In this document: positions 38,333-48,549 of the stretch, piece after piece
Layout of the letters: every line of letters starts with the position of its first letter
Numbering within the stretch: the first letter of the stretch is position 1
DNA from: a virus
Taxonomy: Duplodnaviria > Caudoviricetes
Strand: one strand, 5' to 3'
Length of the DNA stretch: 64,000 nucleotides
IMG/VR virus record: IMGVR_UViG_3300037400_006004
Location: 1 to 64,000 of that record
The notes under the pieces: model-generated
The model's database searches: none
What the model was told of the DNA's origin: nothing
The model's input: the letters and a program-made list of their open reading frames with translations, nothing else
Position numbers and translations under genes: made by a program

Positions 38333-38362
38333 AACCCCTTAAGGATTTTTCCTTAAGGGGTT
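38333..38362 (-). terminator. Terminator after chaperonin gene
   Basis: AACCCCTTAAGGA / TCCTTAAGGGGTT. Confidence 0.75.
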
Positions 38363-38366
38363 ATTA

Positions 38367-40028
38367 TTAAAATGTTCCTTTACAAATAAACTGATTTGAA
38401 GTTACAAGAATACCAATAATACTAATTACTGCCTTAAGAATTTCTGTTTCTGTCTTAAGAGAATTAATAATATCAGTATTTTTATCATTCTCAAAATTCT
38501 TTGTTTTTAAGTTATATATACATCTTTCATCTACACATTTATTAATTATTTCATTTGCTTGTTCTTCTGTTTTTCCTGCATTTAAAAGTACATACTTATA
38601 ACAATCTTTAAAAGAATTACTTACAAGATTAGTAAGAGTATTTAAAAGTTCATAATTAGAAGAAGCTCTATCATAAACAGTATGCTTAATGGTCTTTGGA
38701 ATTGTAAGATTACCACCAGATACATATCCAGTTTCTAATGCTGCCTTACAAGCAAAAATACTGTCTTCAATAAGATACTTACGATTATTCTTTTCAAGTT
38801 CAGTATCTCCACCAACATAATACTTTACAATAGAAGAATTAAGATTACCTCGTCTAGTTTCAAGTTTAAAAATTCTATCTTCAAATGTATCATCATGAAG
38901 TTCTTTAAACTTATTAATCTCTTCAGTAATATGATCTACTCTATCTTTAAGTTCCTGATCGGAACATCTTCTACCAATAACTTTAGTTGTCTTATTAGTG
39001 ATTGCAATTTCATCACAAGAACCTAGCATTTTATAAAAATTCTTTTTAAAGTCTTCTTCTTTATCAAAAGTCTTATCATAAATAGTACTCTTAGTAAATA
39101 ATGCAATATCCTTAAAAATTTCTTCCTGATTCTTATTAGCGAAATTAAAATCTACTAAACAAATCTGAAGATTAGGATTCTGCTTCTTATTAATAATCCA
39201 ACAAGAAACAAACTCTACAGAAAAACTTCTAGCAATAATAACTACAGGCTTAGTCTGCTGAGATACAAGATTACCAATTACATCTACAATATAATTAAGA
39301 TCAGTAGAATCAAGTCTATCATTACACATAAAAATAAAAGGTTCTTTAACTTTAAACTCAGGCTTATTTCTATTATTGGAAAAATCTTCTGCAATCATAC
39401 CAGTTGCAAATTCAAGACCATTAAGATACTCATATGTATCATTATTATCTTTAGAATTCTCTAAATAAATAAAGCCTTCTCTACCAATCTTTTTATAAAT
39501 ATCATAAATATTCTTACCAACAATTGGATCATTATTATTAGAAACTTCTGCAATCTTTCTAATTACATCAAAATTCTCTTCAGTAATAGGAGTTGCAAAT
39601 TCTTTAATATCTTGATTAATATATTCTTCAATCTGTTTTAAACCATCAAAAATTTCCTTTGGAGCATAGTCTTTTAATTCAGTAGCAAGAGCATTGTTAA
39701 TATTATTAAATAAACTTTCTGCAATAACTACTGAAGAAGTACTACCATCACCAACTGTTTGTACTAAATTAAAGGAAATTTTCTTAATAATTTCATAAAT
39801 AGTTCTAGCTACAGGACTTTCAAATCTAAGTGATGACAAAATAGTATAACCGTCCTTTGTAGCAACATGTCCATTAATCTTATCTTCAATAATAGTCGAA
39901 GATCCATAATATCCTAAAGACTTTCTTAAACTATCTGCAATAATTTTTAAAGTCTTTTCAGATAATTTCTTATAATCTTCTTCACAAACTATATTTGAAG
40001 CTTCGCTATTAATAAGTGTGTTATCCAT
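38367..40028 (-). CDS. Phage GroEL-like chaperonin
   Basis: SLGYYG, TKDGYTI, VGDGSTS, IEDSIFACKAALETGYVSGG. Confidence 0.9.
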   Translation of the reverse strand: MDNTLINSEASNIVCEEDYKKLSEKTLKIIADSLRKSLGYYGSSTIIEDKINGHVATKDGYTILSSLRFESPVARTIYEIIKKISFNLVQTVGDGSTSSVVIAESLFNNINNALATELKDYAPKEIFDGLKQIEEYINQDIKEFATPITEENFDVIRKIAEVSNNNDPIVGKNIYDIYKKIGREGFIYLENSKDNNDTYEYLNGLEFATGMIAEDFSNNRNKPEFKVKEPFIFMCNDRLDSTDLNYIVDVIGNLVSQQTKPVVIIARSFSVEFVSCWIINKKQNPNLQICLVDFNFANKNQEEIFKDIALFTKSTIYDKTFDKEEDFKKNFYKMLGSCDEIAITNKTTKVIGRRCSDQELKDRVDHITEEINKFKELHDDTFEDRIFKLETRRGNLNSSIVKYYVGGDTELEKNNRKYLIEDSIFACKAALETGYVSGGNLTIPKTIKHTVYDRASSNYELLNTLTNLVSNSFKDCYKYVLLNAGKTEEQANEIINKCVDERCIYNLKTKNFENDKNTDIINSLKTETEILKAVISIIGILVTSNQFICKGTF

Positions 40029-40033
40029 ATAAG

Positions 40034-40423
40034 TTACTCCTCTATTAAATCAACTTTTACTTTTAAAGTTTGATCTTTAGAAATAAAAGTATATATTTTT
40101 TTATCTTTTGTGATATCAAAAACACCATCTAAACCATATTTCTTTATTATAGAATCGATATCCTTTGGTTTACTAAAAACAAAGGATATCTTTCTAAAAT
40201 TACGTATATTACTATCTTTTGAATTACAGTCAAAACCTTCTTTAACTTTATATTTAACATTTTCTAAATTCAAAATATTAACTAAAGCATTAAATTGATA
40301 TCCATGTTTTTTATCTAACGATTCTTTAAAATTTTCATATGCTATATCAGCTAATTGGTCAATTTCACTTTTTACTAAATGGTCAGATGGTTGCATAAGA
40401 TCATTATAATAAAAATAAATCAT
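40034..40423 (-). CDS. Hypothetical protein co-transcribed with chaperonin
   Basis: 129 aa; TATATTAT at 40445. Confidence 0.6.
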   Translation of the reverse strand: MIYFYYNDLMQPSDHLVKSEIDQLADIAYENFKESLDKKHGYQFNALVNILNLENVKYKVKEGFDCNSKDSNIRNFRKISFVFSKPKDIDSIIKKYGLDGVFDITKDKKIYTFISKDQTLKVKVDLIEE

Positions 40424-40462
40424 TTAAATCAACCAACTTTCTATATAATATATGCTCAGCCA

Positions 40463-40690
40463 TTAGCTTCCTTTTTGTAGTTTCTTTCTTTCATTCTCTA
40501 GTTTTTCTTCTCTTACTTCTTTCATAGCTAAAAGTAAAGAATATTCCATATCCATCATTTCTTGAATGGATATTTTACCTTCGAATAAATCAACTAAATA
40601 TAATAAGAAGCTAGCACTATTTTTATATTTTTCTTTTATTCTTTCATTACCAATAATATCTTTACTTATTGGCTGAGCATTAGACGAAAA
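40463..40690 (-). CDS. Start-less -1 frame extension (T4 gp51-like / TAC frameshift product)
   Basis: Open -1 frame of ~75 codons from CTTTTTC: ...LYLVDLFEGKISIQEMMDMEYSLLLAMKEVREEKLENE. Confidence 0.55.
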   Translation of the reverse strand, partial: FSSNAQPISKDIIGNERIKEKYKNSASFLLYLVDLFEGKISIQEMMDMEYSLLLAMKEVREEKLENERKKLQKGS

Positions 40691-41928
40691 AGTACATTTT
40701 CCATATCAACTGGCATAGCACCTAAGTCTTTCTTACAAGAAGGACATTTAAAATTAGGAATTCTATATTCTGTCTTATATTTTTCAGTCCATTCATCAAT
40801 AGCTTTTGCAAGCTGCTTTGTATCATTAATAGATAACTCTTTAAGAACTCTAATTATCTGATCCTGAGAAGTTACAGGATAATAAATAGGAGATCTCTTT
40901 TCAAGAGTTTCTGGTACGTTAAGAAGAAATATATCTTTAATAAATAATAATGTAGCAAGATCATCAGACATACTTTCAAGCTGATCTGCTGGAGTAGACT
41001 TTAGAAGATCAAGCTGATCTTTAAGAGAAGGAATTCTAATATCAATAACTGTCTTAGATTGATCTAGACAAATTCTCTGATGTTCAGCAACAAGAGAAGC
41101 CTTCTTAACTTTTTCAGGTGTATCAGCAGTTCTAGCTACTTCATCAAGTCTCTTAAAGATTTCATCATCTTTACTAAATACTAAACTATCATTTGGAATA
41201 TCTTGTGAAAATTCATGTTGACAGTGAATACATTTAAAATCAAACTTAGTAGATCCTGGGAATGTCTGCATATGTAATCCATAGAATAAGCTCTGTAAAT
41301 CAAAGAATGAAGTACATTCACAGAATGTATCAAAACTAATAGCTCCAATACTTGTAGCCTGAAGTCTACTATGAATAATCTGATACATCTTAAGAGTTGT
41401 ATGATATTCATCCATTGTAGAATTAGTAATAGCATCAATATCATTATATTTAAGAGCTTCCATATAAGCAACATAACAGCTCTGTGGAAGAGTAACCTGA
41501 AAAGTAGGTTTACTATTAAATACGAGATCAAGATTGTTATGTTTTTCAAGACTGTTAAGACTGTCTGAAATAACAAGATTATTTAAATCAATATTCATAG
41601 TAGGAAGAAGATCATTAATCTGTACCTTCATATCATTAACAATCTCATGCTTTGCACTCATAAATAAAGGATTAGGATTAGCCTTTTCTTTCTGAGTGAG
41701 AACTTCTTTTGCAGAAAGACTAGTAGAATTCTTTCTCTTAGTAGGAGTATTTCCTCCAGATTTCTTAGTGGTCTTCTTTTCACCATTATCATCTACATTA
41801 GCATTAAAACTAAGACCACCATTAACTTCATTTCTAGCACGTTCCATAGCTGCAAGCATTTCTGGATTAGCTCCAGTAGGATCGGGTGCTATATTGTCAT
41901 TAGGTTCAAAAGTAACTTTTTTAGCCAT
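40666..41928 (-). CDS. T4 gp26-like baseplate hub / tail assembly chaperone
   Basis: FKCIHC, IRIPSL, FKCPSC...VLF C-terminus; follows the gp25-like gene. Confidence 0.55.
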   Translation of the reverse strand: MAKKVTFEPNDNIAPDPTGANPEMLAAMERARNEVNGGLSFNANVDDNGEKKTTKKSGGNTPTKRKNSTSLSAKEVLTQKEKANPNPLFMSAKHEIVNDMKVQINDLLPTMNIDLNNLVISDSLNSLEKHNNLDLVFNSKPTFQVTLPQSCYVAYMEALKYNDIDAITNSTMDEYHTTLKMYQIIHSRLQATSIGAISFDTFCECTSFFDLQSLFYGLHMQTFPGSTKFDFKCIHCQHEFSQDIPNDSLVFSKDDEIFKRLDEVARTADTPEKVKKASLVAEHQRICLDQSKTVIDIRIPSLKDQLDLLKSTPADQLESMSDDLATLLFIKDIFLLNVPETLEKRSPIYYPVTSQDQIIRVLKELSINDTKQLAKAIDEWTEKYKTEYRIPNFKCPSCKKDLGAMPVDMENVLFRLMLSQ

Positions 41929-41954
41929 AATAGTTTATTCCTTTCTAAATAAAT

Positions 41955-42590
41955 TTAAAGATCCATCTGAGATATAACTTTTCTATTAGATGTATCTCCA
42001 GTAAAAAACAGATTAATCTTATATTCTTGTGAATTTCCTTTTTCATTAGTATCAAAAATTGTAAAGAAAATAGCAAGAGTATTATAAGCACCATTGGCAC
42101 TTCTTAAAAACTCTACTTGATGCTTTGTATTTATATTAGATTGAATGATTGATTTATTTAGCCATTTTTCCATTTGAGTATTTATACTTTCTTCTAACTC
42201 ATATTTAGTAGTATTATTTGCAAATTCAAATAAATAATCTTCAATACCTACGCCAAAATCAGGATTATTAGGATAAGTGCCTTTTTTAGTAATTAAAATA
42301 TGTTGAATAACTCTAGCTACTGCTTCTTTACCAGTAGGCTGCTTTATTTTTTTAAATTCTGTTATATTTAAAGAAACATCACGAAATTCAGTAGGTGTAT
42401 TATTTTTAAGAGCTGCTTCTTTACCAGCCTTAACTAATTGCTCTATAATTCGATTAGCTTCATCAATAGGGTTATTCTTATAAATCTCATACAAATCACT
42501 TACATTTAATTCTCCGCCTTTTCTAGCTCTATTTATAGCATCAATATAACTCTGATCATAAGTTCCACTTTCTCTTTTATCATTAGGCAT
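41955..42590 (-). CDS. Baseplate wedge protein gp25-like
   Basis: ILITKKGTYPNNPDFGVGIEDYLFE; late promoter 42633-42644. Confidence 0.75.
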   Translation of the reverse strand: MPNDKRESGTYDQSYIDAINRARKGGELNVSDLYEIYKNNPIDEANRIIEQLVKAGKEAALKNNTPTEFRDVSLNITEFKKIKQPTGKEAVARVIQHILITKKGTYPNNPDFGVGIEDYLFEFANNTTKYELEESINTQMEKWLNKSIIQSNINTKHQVEFLRSANGAYNTLAIFFTIFDTNEKGNSQEYKINLFFTGDTSNRKVISQMDL

Positions 42591-42713
42591 TTTATCACCT
42601 CAATTCTTTTAACTTATTAATATATTAAATTATACTTTTTTGTTAATTATAGTTTTTATTATAAAATAGAAAAAATAATAAACAATTATTATACGATAAA
42701 AAGGAGTGATATT

Positions 42714-44078
42714 ATGGGCCAATTAACTGAAGTAACTTTACAAAAATATGAAGATAATAAAACAGTTAGTGAAATGGAAAAAAATATTCAAGAAGCTATG
42801 GGTTATAAACCTGCTAGTGAAGAGTTACATGATATTAATGAATTATCTAATATTGCCAATGATGATTCTAGTATCCCTAGAAAATATGGATACGTGCCTA
42901 AACTAACTGTTACTTTTAGTGACGGTTCTGTATATGATTTACTTGAGTTTACAACTATAGTTCAAGTAGAATTAAATTTAGATTTTTATGTATTTCCATT
43001 AATCTCTGTAAGATTAGATCCTCCAGTTACTTTAATACCTAAAATACAATTTGATGATGATTTAGAAATTAAATTTGAGTTATTATATAATGCTATAACT
43101 GATATTGAAAGTGCTCCAATGTATGATACTTTATGGAATATAACATTACGAAAAATAAAGCAAGAGAGTTCACCTATTATAATTAATGAAATATTTTATC
43201 AAGAAACTAATGAAGGATTAAGAACTGAACCTATTGAATTAAAACTTATTCCAACAGAATGTCTAAAAGCTAATAAAAATTTATTTTCTGGAGTATATGG
43301 TGATTGTACTATGATGCAATTACTTACATTAATTACTGAAAAATTAAATTATAAATCTTATATTGTAAATCCAGATAATGTAAGAAAATATAACCAAGTA
43401 ATTTTTCCACCATGTAATACTTTTTATGCAATTGAATACTTAGACCAATATTATGGATTATATGATAGAGGTTTAAAAATGTTTTATGGTTTTGGACAAA
43501 ATATTATAATGCCTAAGAATCATTATATAGAAACAGGACAAAATAAAGTAAAAGTAAGCTTTTCTCAACAAACCAATGGTAATGATATTTTTACTTTTAC
43601 ACAAGGTGGTATAGAACGTTTAGGAAGTGATAATTATATTTCAATTACTCCTAATAATGTAAAAATTCTTGATAGAAGACACTATATAAAAGAAACACTT
43701 GGTACTAAAGTAACTACCTATTCAAGAGATGATCATGCATATTTTGAACAAGCTAGAGAATATGATTATACAGATGGTAATGAAAATATTGAAAAAGTAA
43801 AATCATATATAAATCAATATAATAATACTAATAAAGAAAAAGAATTTTTATTACAATCTGCTTATTCAAGACAATTAGAATTATTATTAAATGATGCAAT
43901 AATTCCTCCAGATTCTTGGTTTAAATCATTTAATATTAATTTTGATTCTGAAAATTATAATAGACTAAATGGTTTGTATAGTATGAATGGATATTACTTT
44001 AGATTTAGTAAAATTTCTAATGGTAATGGTACTTCTGAATTTAACGTTCAATCTGCTATAGAATTAATAGAAGTTTAA
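42714..44078 (+). CDS. Putative baseplate hub/structural protein
   Basis: 454 aa in structural context; beta-rich C-terminus. Confidence 0.45.
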   Translation: MGQLTEVTLQKYEDNKTVSEMEKNIQEAMGYKPASEELHDINELSNIANDDSSIPRKYGYVPKLTVTFSDGSVYDLLEFTTIVQVELNLDFYVFPLISVRLDPPVTLIPKIQFDDDLEIKFELLYNAITDIESAPMYDTLWNITLRKIKQESSPIIINEIFYQETNEGLRTEPIELKLIPTECLKANKNLFSGVYGDCTMMQLLTLITEKLNYKSYIVNPDNVRKYNQVIFPPCNTFYAIEYLDQYYGLYDRGLKMFYGFGQNIIMPKNHYIETGQNKVKVSFSQQTNGNDIFTFTQGGIERLGSDNYISITPNNVKILDRRHYIKETLGTKVTTYSRDDHAYFEQAREYDYTDGNENIEKVKSYINQYNNTNKEKEFLLQSAYSRQLELLLNDAIIPPDSWFKSFNINFDSENYNRLNGLYSMNGYYFRFSKISNGNGTSEFNVQSAIELIEV

Positions 44079-44118
44079 AAAAATATCCCTAATGGAAAAT
44101 TCCATTAGGGATATAATA

Positions 44119-44664
44119 TTAGTCTCTATACCATGTAGCATTTCTATGCTTATCAGTTCCAAGAGAATCTTTACCTTTATTAATAAATTCTTCTTTAACT
44201 TCTCCAGTAGTATAATCTAACATTTCACATTTTTCTTCATAATTATATTCAATGATTGCGTTTGTTTGATCTGCTGCAAAATAAACTGTATCACCTGTAG
44301 TTCTATCTACAACACTTATAACATTTTCACTAACTGCTTTAGCATTATTTAAATCATATCTTTCACAGTTAAATACTTGTACTGTAGAAGTATAAATGTC
44401 TGAAACACTATACCAATTCATTCTCCATTTTACTTCATCATAAATTTTAAGTAAATTTCTCTTCTTATATTGAGGCTTTGTACGATCATCAATATATTCA
44501 ATTAATGTATCTCTCTCTAATAATTCATTACCATCTTCAGTTAATGGCTTATGCAATTTAACTAATAATAGCTCAAATTCTTTATAATTGTCAAAAAAAT
44601 TAAAAACATTTTTGCCTATCTTTGGGCTACTGGTAATTATACTAACAACTTCAGAAGCAGTCAT
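44119..44664 (-). CDS. Hypothetical late protein
   Basis: Late promoter 44693-44704; terminator 44083-44114. Confidence 0.6.
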   Translation of the reverse strand: MTASEVVSIITSSPKIGKNVFNFFDNYKEFELLLVKLHKPLTEDGNELLERDTLIEYIDDRTKPQYKKRNLLKIYDEVKWRMNWYSVSDIYTSTVQVFNCERYDLNNAKAVSENVISVVDRTTGDTVYFAADQTNAIIEYNYEEKCEMLDYTTGEVKEEFINKGKDSLGTDKHRNATWYRD

Positions 44665-44761
44665 ATTATCATTCCTTTCTAAAATAAGATTATAACCATT
44701 TGTTAAAAATAAAAAATTTTGTAAATAATAAATTATTATTATAATAAAGGAGGGATAATTA

Positions 44762-45229
44762 ATGTATATTCCTATATTAAAATTTAAAATAACAGATTAT
44801 AAAGAAAAAGAAATTCCAAAAAAATTATTTAGAAAATCTAAAATTGTTACTGAAGAAGAATCATATGAAATTACTTTATCATATAATATAGATGAGGATA
44901 GGTTTTATTATGAAGATGAAAATAAACTTATACCAACTAAAAAAGATTTATCAAGATCTATTATTATGATATATGATATTTATAAACGATATGAAAAATT
45001 TGGTTTTAAAGATAATTTTAAAGTATCTGAAAATAAGTTAAATCAATTTCTTAAAAATTTTTTTAATTGTAATAATAATGAAAGTGAAATATATTTAAAA
45101 AAATTGATATTTGGAAGTCAACCAGTAAATTTATTAGCTATTAATTCAATATTAAATGAACTTGAAATTGATGGTGTAGATTTTACACAATATTATTATT
45201 TTCAATATCCACGAATTAGTTTTAGATAA
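44762..45229 (+). CDS. Hypothetical protein
   Basis: 155 aa; AGGAGG RBS. Confidence 0.6.
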   Translation: MYIPILKFKITDYKEKEIPKKLFRKSKIVTEEESYEITLSYNIDEDRFYYEDENKLIPTKKDLSRSIIMIYDIYKRYEKFGFKDNFKVSENKLNQFLKNFFNCNNNESEIYLKKLIFGSQPVNLLAINSILNELEIDGVDFTQYYYFQYPRISFR

Positions 45230-45288
45230 AAAAAAGAAGGCACATTGCTATCACCTGAGTGCCTTCCTTTTTTTTTGGTAAGAACGAC

Positions 45289-45495
45289 TTAGTCGTTCTT
45301 ACACTCCTTGTTGTTGATGGCCTTGACAAGGCCATCAACGACTCCAACTGCCAATGCAATGGCAGTTGTTGCAGCTACCTGTCCTACAACATTTCCTGCA
45401 GCATTACATGCTGCATCTGCAAACATCTCCTTTCTTGCAGCCTTTCTTGCAGCGATCTTCTTAGCTTCCATCTGTGCCTTAAAATTATTAAACAT
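45289..45495 (-). CDS. Small Ala-rich protein with hydrophobic helix
   Basis: MFNNFKAQMEAKK...; elevated GC; ~120-nt leader; terminator 45236-45266. Confidence 0.6.
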   Translation of the reverse strand: MFNNFKAQMEAKKIAARKAARKEMFADAACNAAGNVVGQVAATTAIALAVGVVDGLVKAINNKECKND

Positions 45496-45660
45496 GGTAT
45501 TCCTTTCCCCCACTGCCCTTAGGCCCATGAATGTGAGTAGCCGTTAGTTATTAATGTAATAAGGGAACATACAAAAAGGTGGCTTAATCCTTTTCAATTA
45601 TTTACCTTATTCACAATTATAATATGTATTCAGAAATATAGTTTAATACGGTTTAATAAA

Positions 45661-45691
45661 AATCCCTATAGGTTTTGTACCTATAGGGATT
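45661..45691 (-). terminator. Terminator (CCCTATAGG family)
   Basis: AATCCCTATAGGT / ACCTATAGGGATT. Confidence 0.75.
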
Positions 45692-45697
45692 ATAATT

Positions 45698-46849
45698 TTA
45701 AATAAATAAATCATCACCAAGATTATCAATACCATCTCTAGGAGTAACTTCCTGCCTATTATCTGGATTAATCTTAGCTTCAATTCCTTTTGAAACTTTA
45801 GAATCTTCTTTCTTTAATGTAGCAATACTATTATGCTGAGCTTGCTTATTATCATTATCAAGAGCTTCTCCAAGCTTCTTTAATTTACTAGCAAGACCAG
45901 ATTGTTTTTGACTAATAGATTTATCTCTAGGATTTCCATTTCCAACAGCTAGACTATTAGCTTCAACCATTCCACTAATATACTTTAAGTTTTCAGAAAT
46001 TTCAATCTTTTTAAAATAATAATAACAAATAAGAGTTCTAGAAAGATAAACTAATGCAAGAATACTACTACCAACAGCAAGAACACCTAAAGCAATAGCT
46101 GCAGGAGTATTAGCAGCAGCTAAACCGCCTATAGCTGATCCAATTCCACCAAGGGTAGCTCCGATTCCAACTGCTTCATGATATACCATTTCATATTCTT
46201 CACATTTAGCTTCAAAGTCTTCATTAAGCTTAAGTTTATTATTTCTACAAATATCATTGAATTTTTCAATGTTCTTAAAAAGAATATTTTTTGTAAGAGA
46301 ATTCTTTGGAGGATCTCTATATATTAATGTATTTGCTTCAGTAAATGAAGTACTATTAATTAAAATTATAGAAGCAAATTCAATAGTAGCAGCAGCAATA
46401 GTTTGATAAGCTAAAATATTAGCTGAATCATTAGTTTGATATGCTCTTTCAAAATATTTAACATTCTTTTCAAGATTACCCATAGCAGCTTCTACATTTT
46501 GAAAAGCAGTAACAGCTTCTACAGTGTTTTTACCTTTAGCTTTTTCAACAATTGGTTTAAGCATAGAAATACACTGTTTTGTAGTTTTATAAGATTTAGA
46601 TTTCTTAATATCTCCCTTAGTTTTAGGAAGATCTAAGAAAGTTCCTTTTTTAGTAAGATGTGCTAATTTCTTTTCAGAATTTTTCATAGCACTTCCACCC
46701 ATCATGTCTGCTAAAGACATTTTTTGCTCTTCAGTAAGACTATTTAAAAAAGTGGAAGAAATTAATGTAGTATCCTTATCTTGATGGTTTTCCTGTATAA
46801 TGTAATCCAAACTGAATCTGTCTGGAGTCATATTCATAATGTATGGCAT
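45698..46849 (-). CDS. Putative virion/internal protein with Gly-Ala-rich hydrophobic segment
   Basis: YHE-AVGIGATLGGIGSAIGGLAAANTPAAIALGVLAVG. Confidence 0.55.
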   Translation of the reverse strand: MPYIMNMTPDRFSLDYIIQENHQDKDTTLISSTFLNSLTEEQKMSLADMMGGSAMKNSEKKLAHLTKKGTFLDLPKTKGDIKKSKSYKTTKQCISMLKPIVEKAKGKNTVEAVTAFQNVEAAMGNLEKNVKYFERAYQTNDSANILAYQTIAAATIEFASIILINSTSFTEANTLIYRDPPKNSLTKNILFKNIEKFNDICRNNKLKLNEDFEAKCEEYEMVYHEAVGIGATLGGIGSAIGGLAAANTPAAIALGVLAVGSSILALVYLSRTLICYYYFKKIEISENLKYISGMVEANSLAVGNGNPRDKSISQKQSGLASKLKKLGEALDNDNKQAQHNSIATLKKEDSKVSKGIEAKINPDNRQEVTPRDGIDNLGDDLFI

Positions 46850-46868
46850 AATTGTTTCCTCCTCTCTA

Positions 46869-48242
46869 TTATCTACCAAATAATGATTTAATATCATCGA
46901 TACTTATTGGCTTTGGTTTCTTCTGAGTTTTAAAATCATTAAGTTTTTTAACAGTATAACTTGCAGATGGTTCATCATAAAGATAAACTGTTTCAGTAGA
47001 TTCATCTATATAAGCAAAATTTAATAAATAAAGAGAATCCATTAATCTTTGAGCAAATTTAGGCATAGAAAGATCAATTCTATAAGTGCTTGCAATATAA
47101 TCAACTTCATCTTTAGTAATTACTAAAGTAGCTGTTTTAATTGGAGCATTCTTTTTTCCTGCAGAAGAAGAATGGAAAATTTGTTTATTTTCATTCTTAA
47201 GCTTTCTAAGCTTATACCACCAATAGTTAGAAGTCTTAGCTGCTTGAATACCAGTATTCTTCATGTTAGTGAAGTCAAAAATTAATTCACCAAGACCTTT
47301 AAAGAATCCATATTCGCCAGTTGTCCATTTAATAAATTTAAATAAAGTAGAATTTTTAAATTCATTACCAATATTAAATATAATATCTTCGGATTTAATT
47401 GGATGAGCAATACATTTTACACCAAAAATAACTTCTTTTTCATCAAGAGAAGTTCTTGATATAGTAGAATTATGACCAACGCCTATTCCACCTACATTTC
47501 CAGCAGCTTTAGCAGCAGAACCACCAAAATGTCCACCAATTAATGCACCAGCAATTTTAGTAGCACCGTTCATATCAGTAGTAGAATTTCTTTCAGAAAC
47601 AGTAGAGTTAGCAATAGAAATTTTAACTTTAATAAATGTTGGTTGTAAATCATTAACCTTTTTAAACATATCAGGATTAAAAGGTGCTTTATCATCAAAT
47701 TCAGCAGTAATAGTTTTATCATTTACACTATGAGAACTTCTGCTTACAGAACCTAAACCAAAGTTTACAGTAGTTCCACGATTTGCATCTGTAACAGTAT
47801 TATTTTTATATTCTGCTTCATTTAGATATTTTGGAAGAGTTGCTTCATTTAAAGACCATTTACAAAACTTATCTTCTACTGGAATAGCTAATGATTTACT
47901 AGCTAAATCAATATTTTCAAGTAAAGTTGGTTTTCCTTCAATATTAGTATGAAGTAGTCTTAAAGAAGTAATTAGGTCTCCAGAACCATTTGTTAATGTA
48001 CCAAAATCATTTTGAAGTAATAATCTAAGCATTATTGCATTTTCAACTTCAAATCCACCGGCTAATGTAGCAGCAGCATCTTGAGAAATATTTTGAGATA
48101 ATAAAATTGGAAACTGTAGGATTAAATCTTTAGTCATCTTTTTAATAGAATTACCAGTATAGGCATCAGTATCAAATCTAGAGCTTCTTCTATAATTTGC
48201 ACGTCCTGCAGCTTTTTGGATGAAAGTATCAAAACTTGCCAT
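46869..48242 (-). CDS. Putative virion structural protein
   Basis: Late promoter 48270-48281; SLNE/YLNE motifs; Gly-rich segment. Confidence 0.55.
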   Translation of the reverse strand: MASFDTFIQKAAGRANYRRSSRFDTDAYTGNSIKKMTKDLILQFPILLSQNISQDAAATLAGGFEVENAIMLRLLLQNDFGTLTNGSGDLITSLRLLHTNIEGKPTLLENIDLASKSLAIPVEDKFCKWSLNEATLPKYLNEAEYKNNTVTDANRGTTVNFGLGSVSRSSHSVNDKTITAEFDDKAPFNPDMFKKVNDLQPTFIKVKISIANSTVSERNSTTDMNGATKIAGALIGGHFGGSAAKAAGNVGGIGVGHNSTISRTSLDEKEVIFGVKCIAHPIKSEDIIFNIGNEFKNSTLFKFIKWTTGEYGFFKGLGELIFDFTNMKNTGIQAAKTSNYWWYKLRKLKNENKQIFHSSSAGKKNAPIKTATLVITKDEVDYIASTYRIDLSMPKFAQRLMDSLYLLNFAYIDESTETVYLYDEPSASYTVKKLNDFKTQKKPKPISIDDIKSLFGR

Positions 48243-48360
48243 ATATATCATTCCTTTCTATAAAAATTATAAAAAGTTGTTAAAAAAAATGGGTAATATT
48301 CAAAAGTAAATATTACCCATCTTATATCACTCTATTGATAGAGAATTACTTATGACATTG

Positions 48361-48549
48361 TTAAAATAAATATAAGATACTATTAATTAAACATATAAAA
48401 CCTTCTCCCACTGTTTCACATTTGTAATTACTATTTTTAGCTCCTGGAAATAGGTTAGTCCATGTTGGACCATAAATTTCTTTTTTATCTTTTTTTCTTT
48501 CTTTTTTACTGTTATCTTTAAGATTTTTAGATATTGTATCAAAAATCAT
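48361..48549 (-). CDS. Small protein (62 aa) inside a highly structured mRNA
   Basis: AGGAGGAG RBS; TATATTAT at 48671; terminator 48289-48320. Confidence 0.5.
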   Translation of the reverse strand: MIFDTISKNLKDNSKKERKKDKKEIYGPTWTNLFPGAKNSNYKCETVGEGFICLINSILYLF

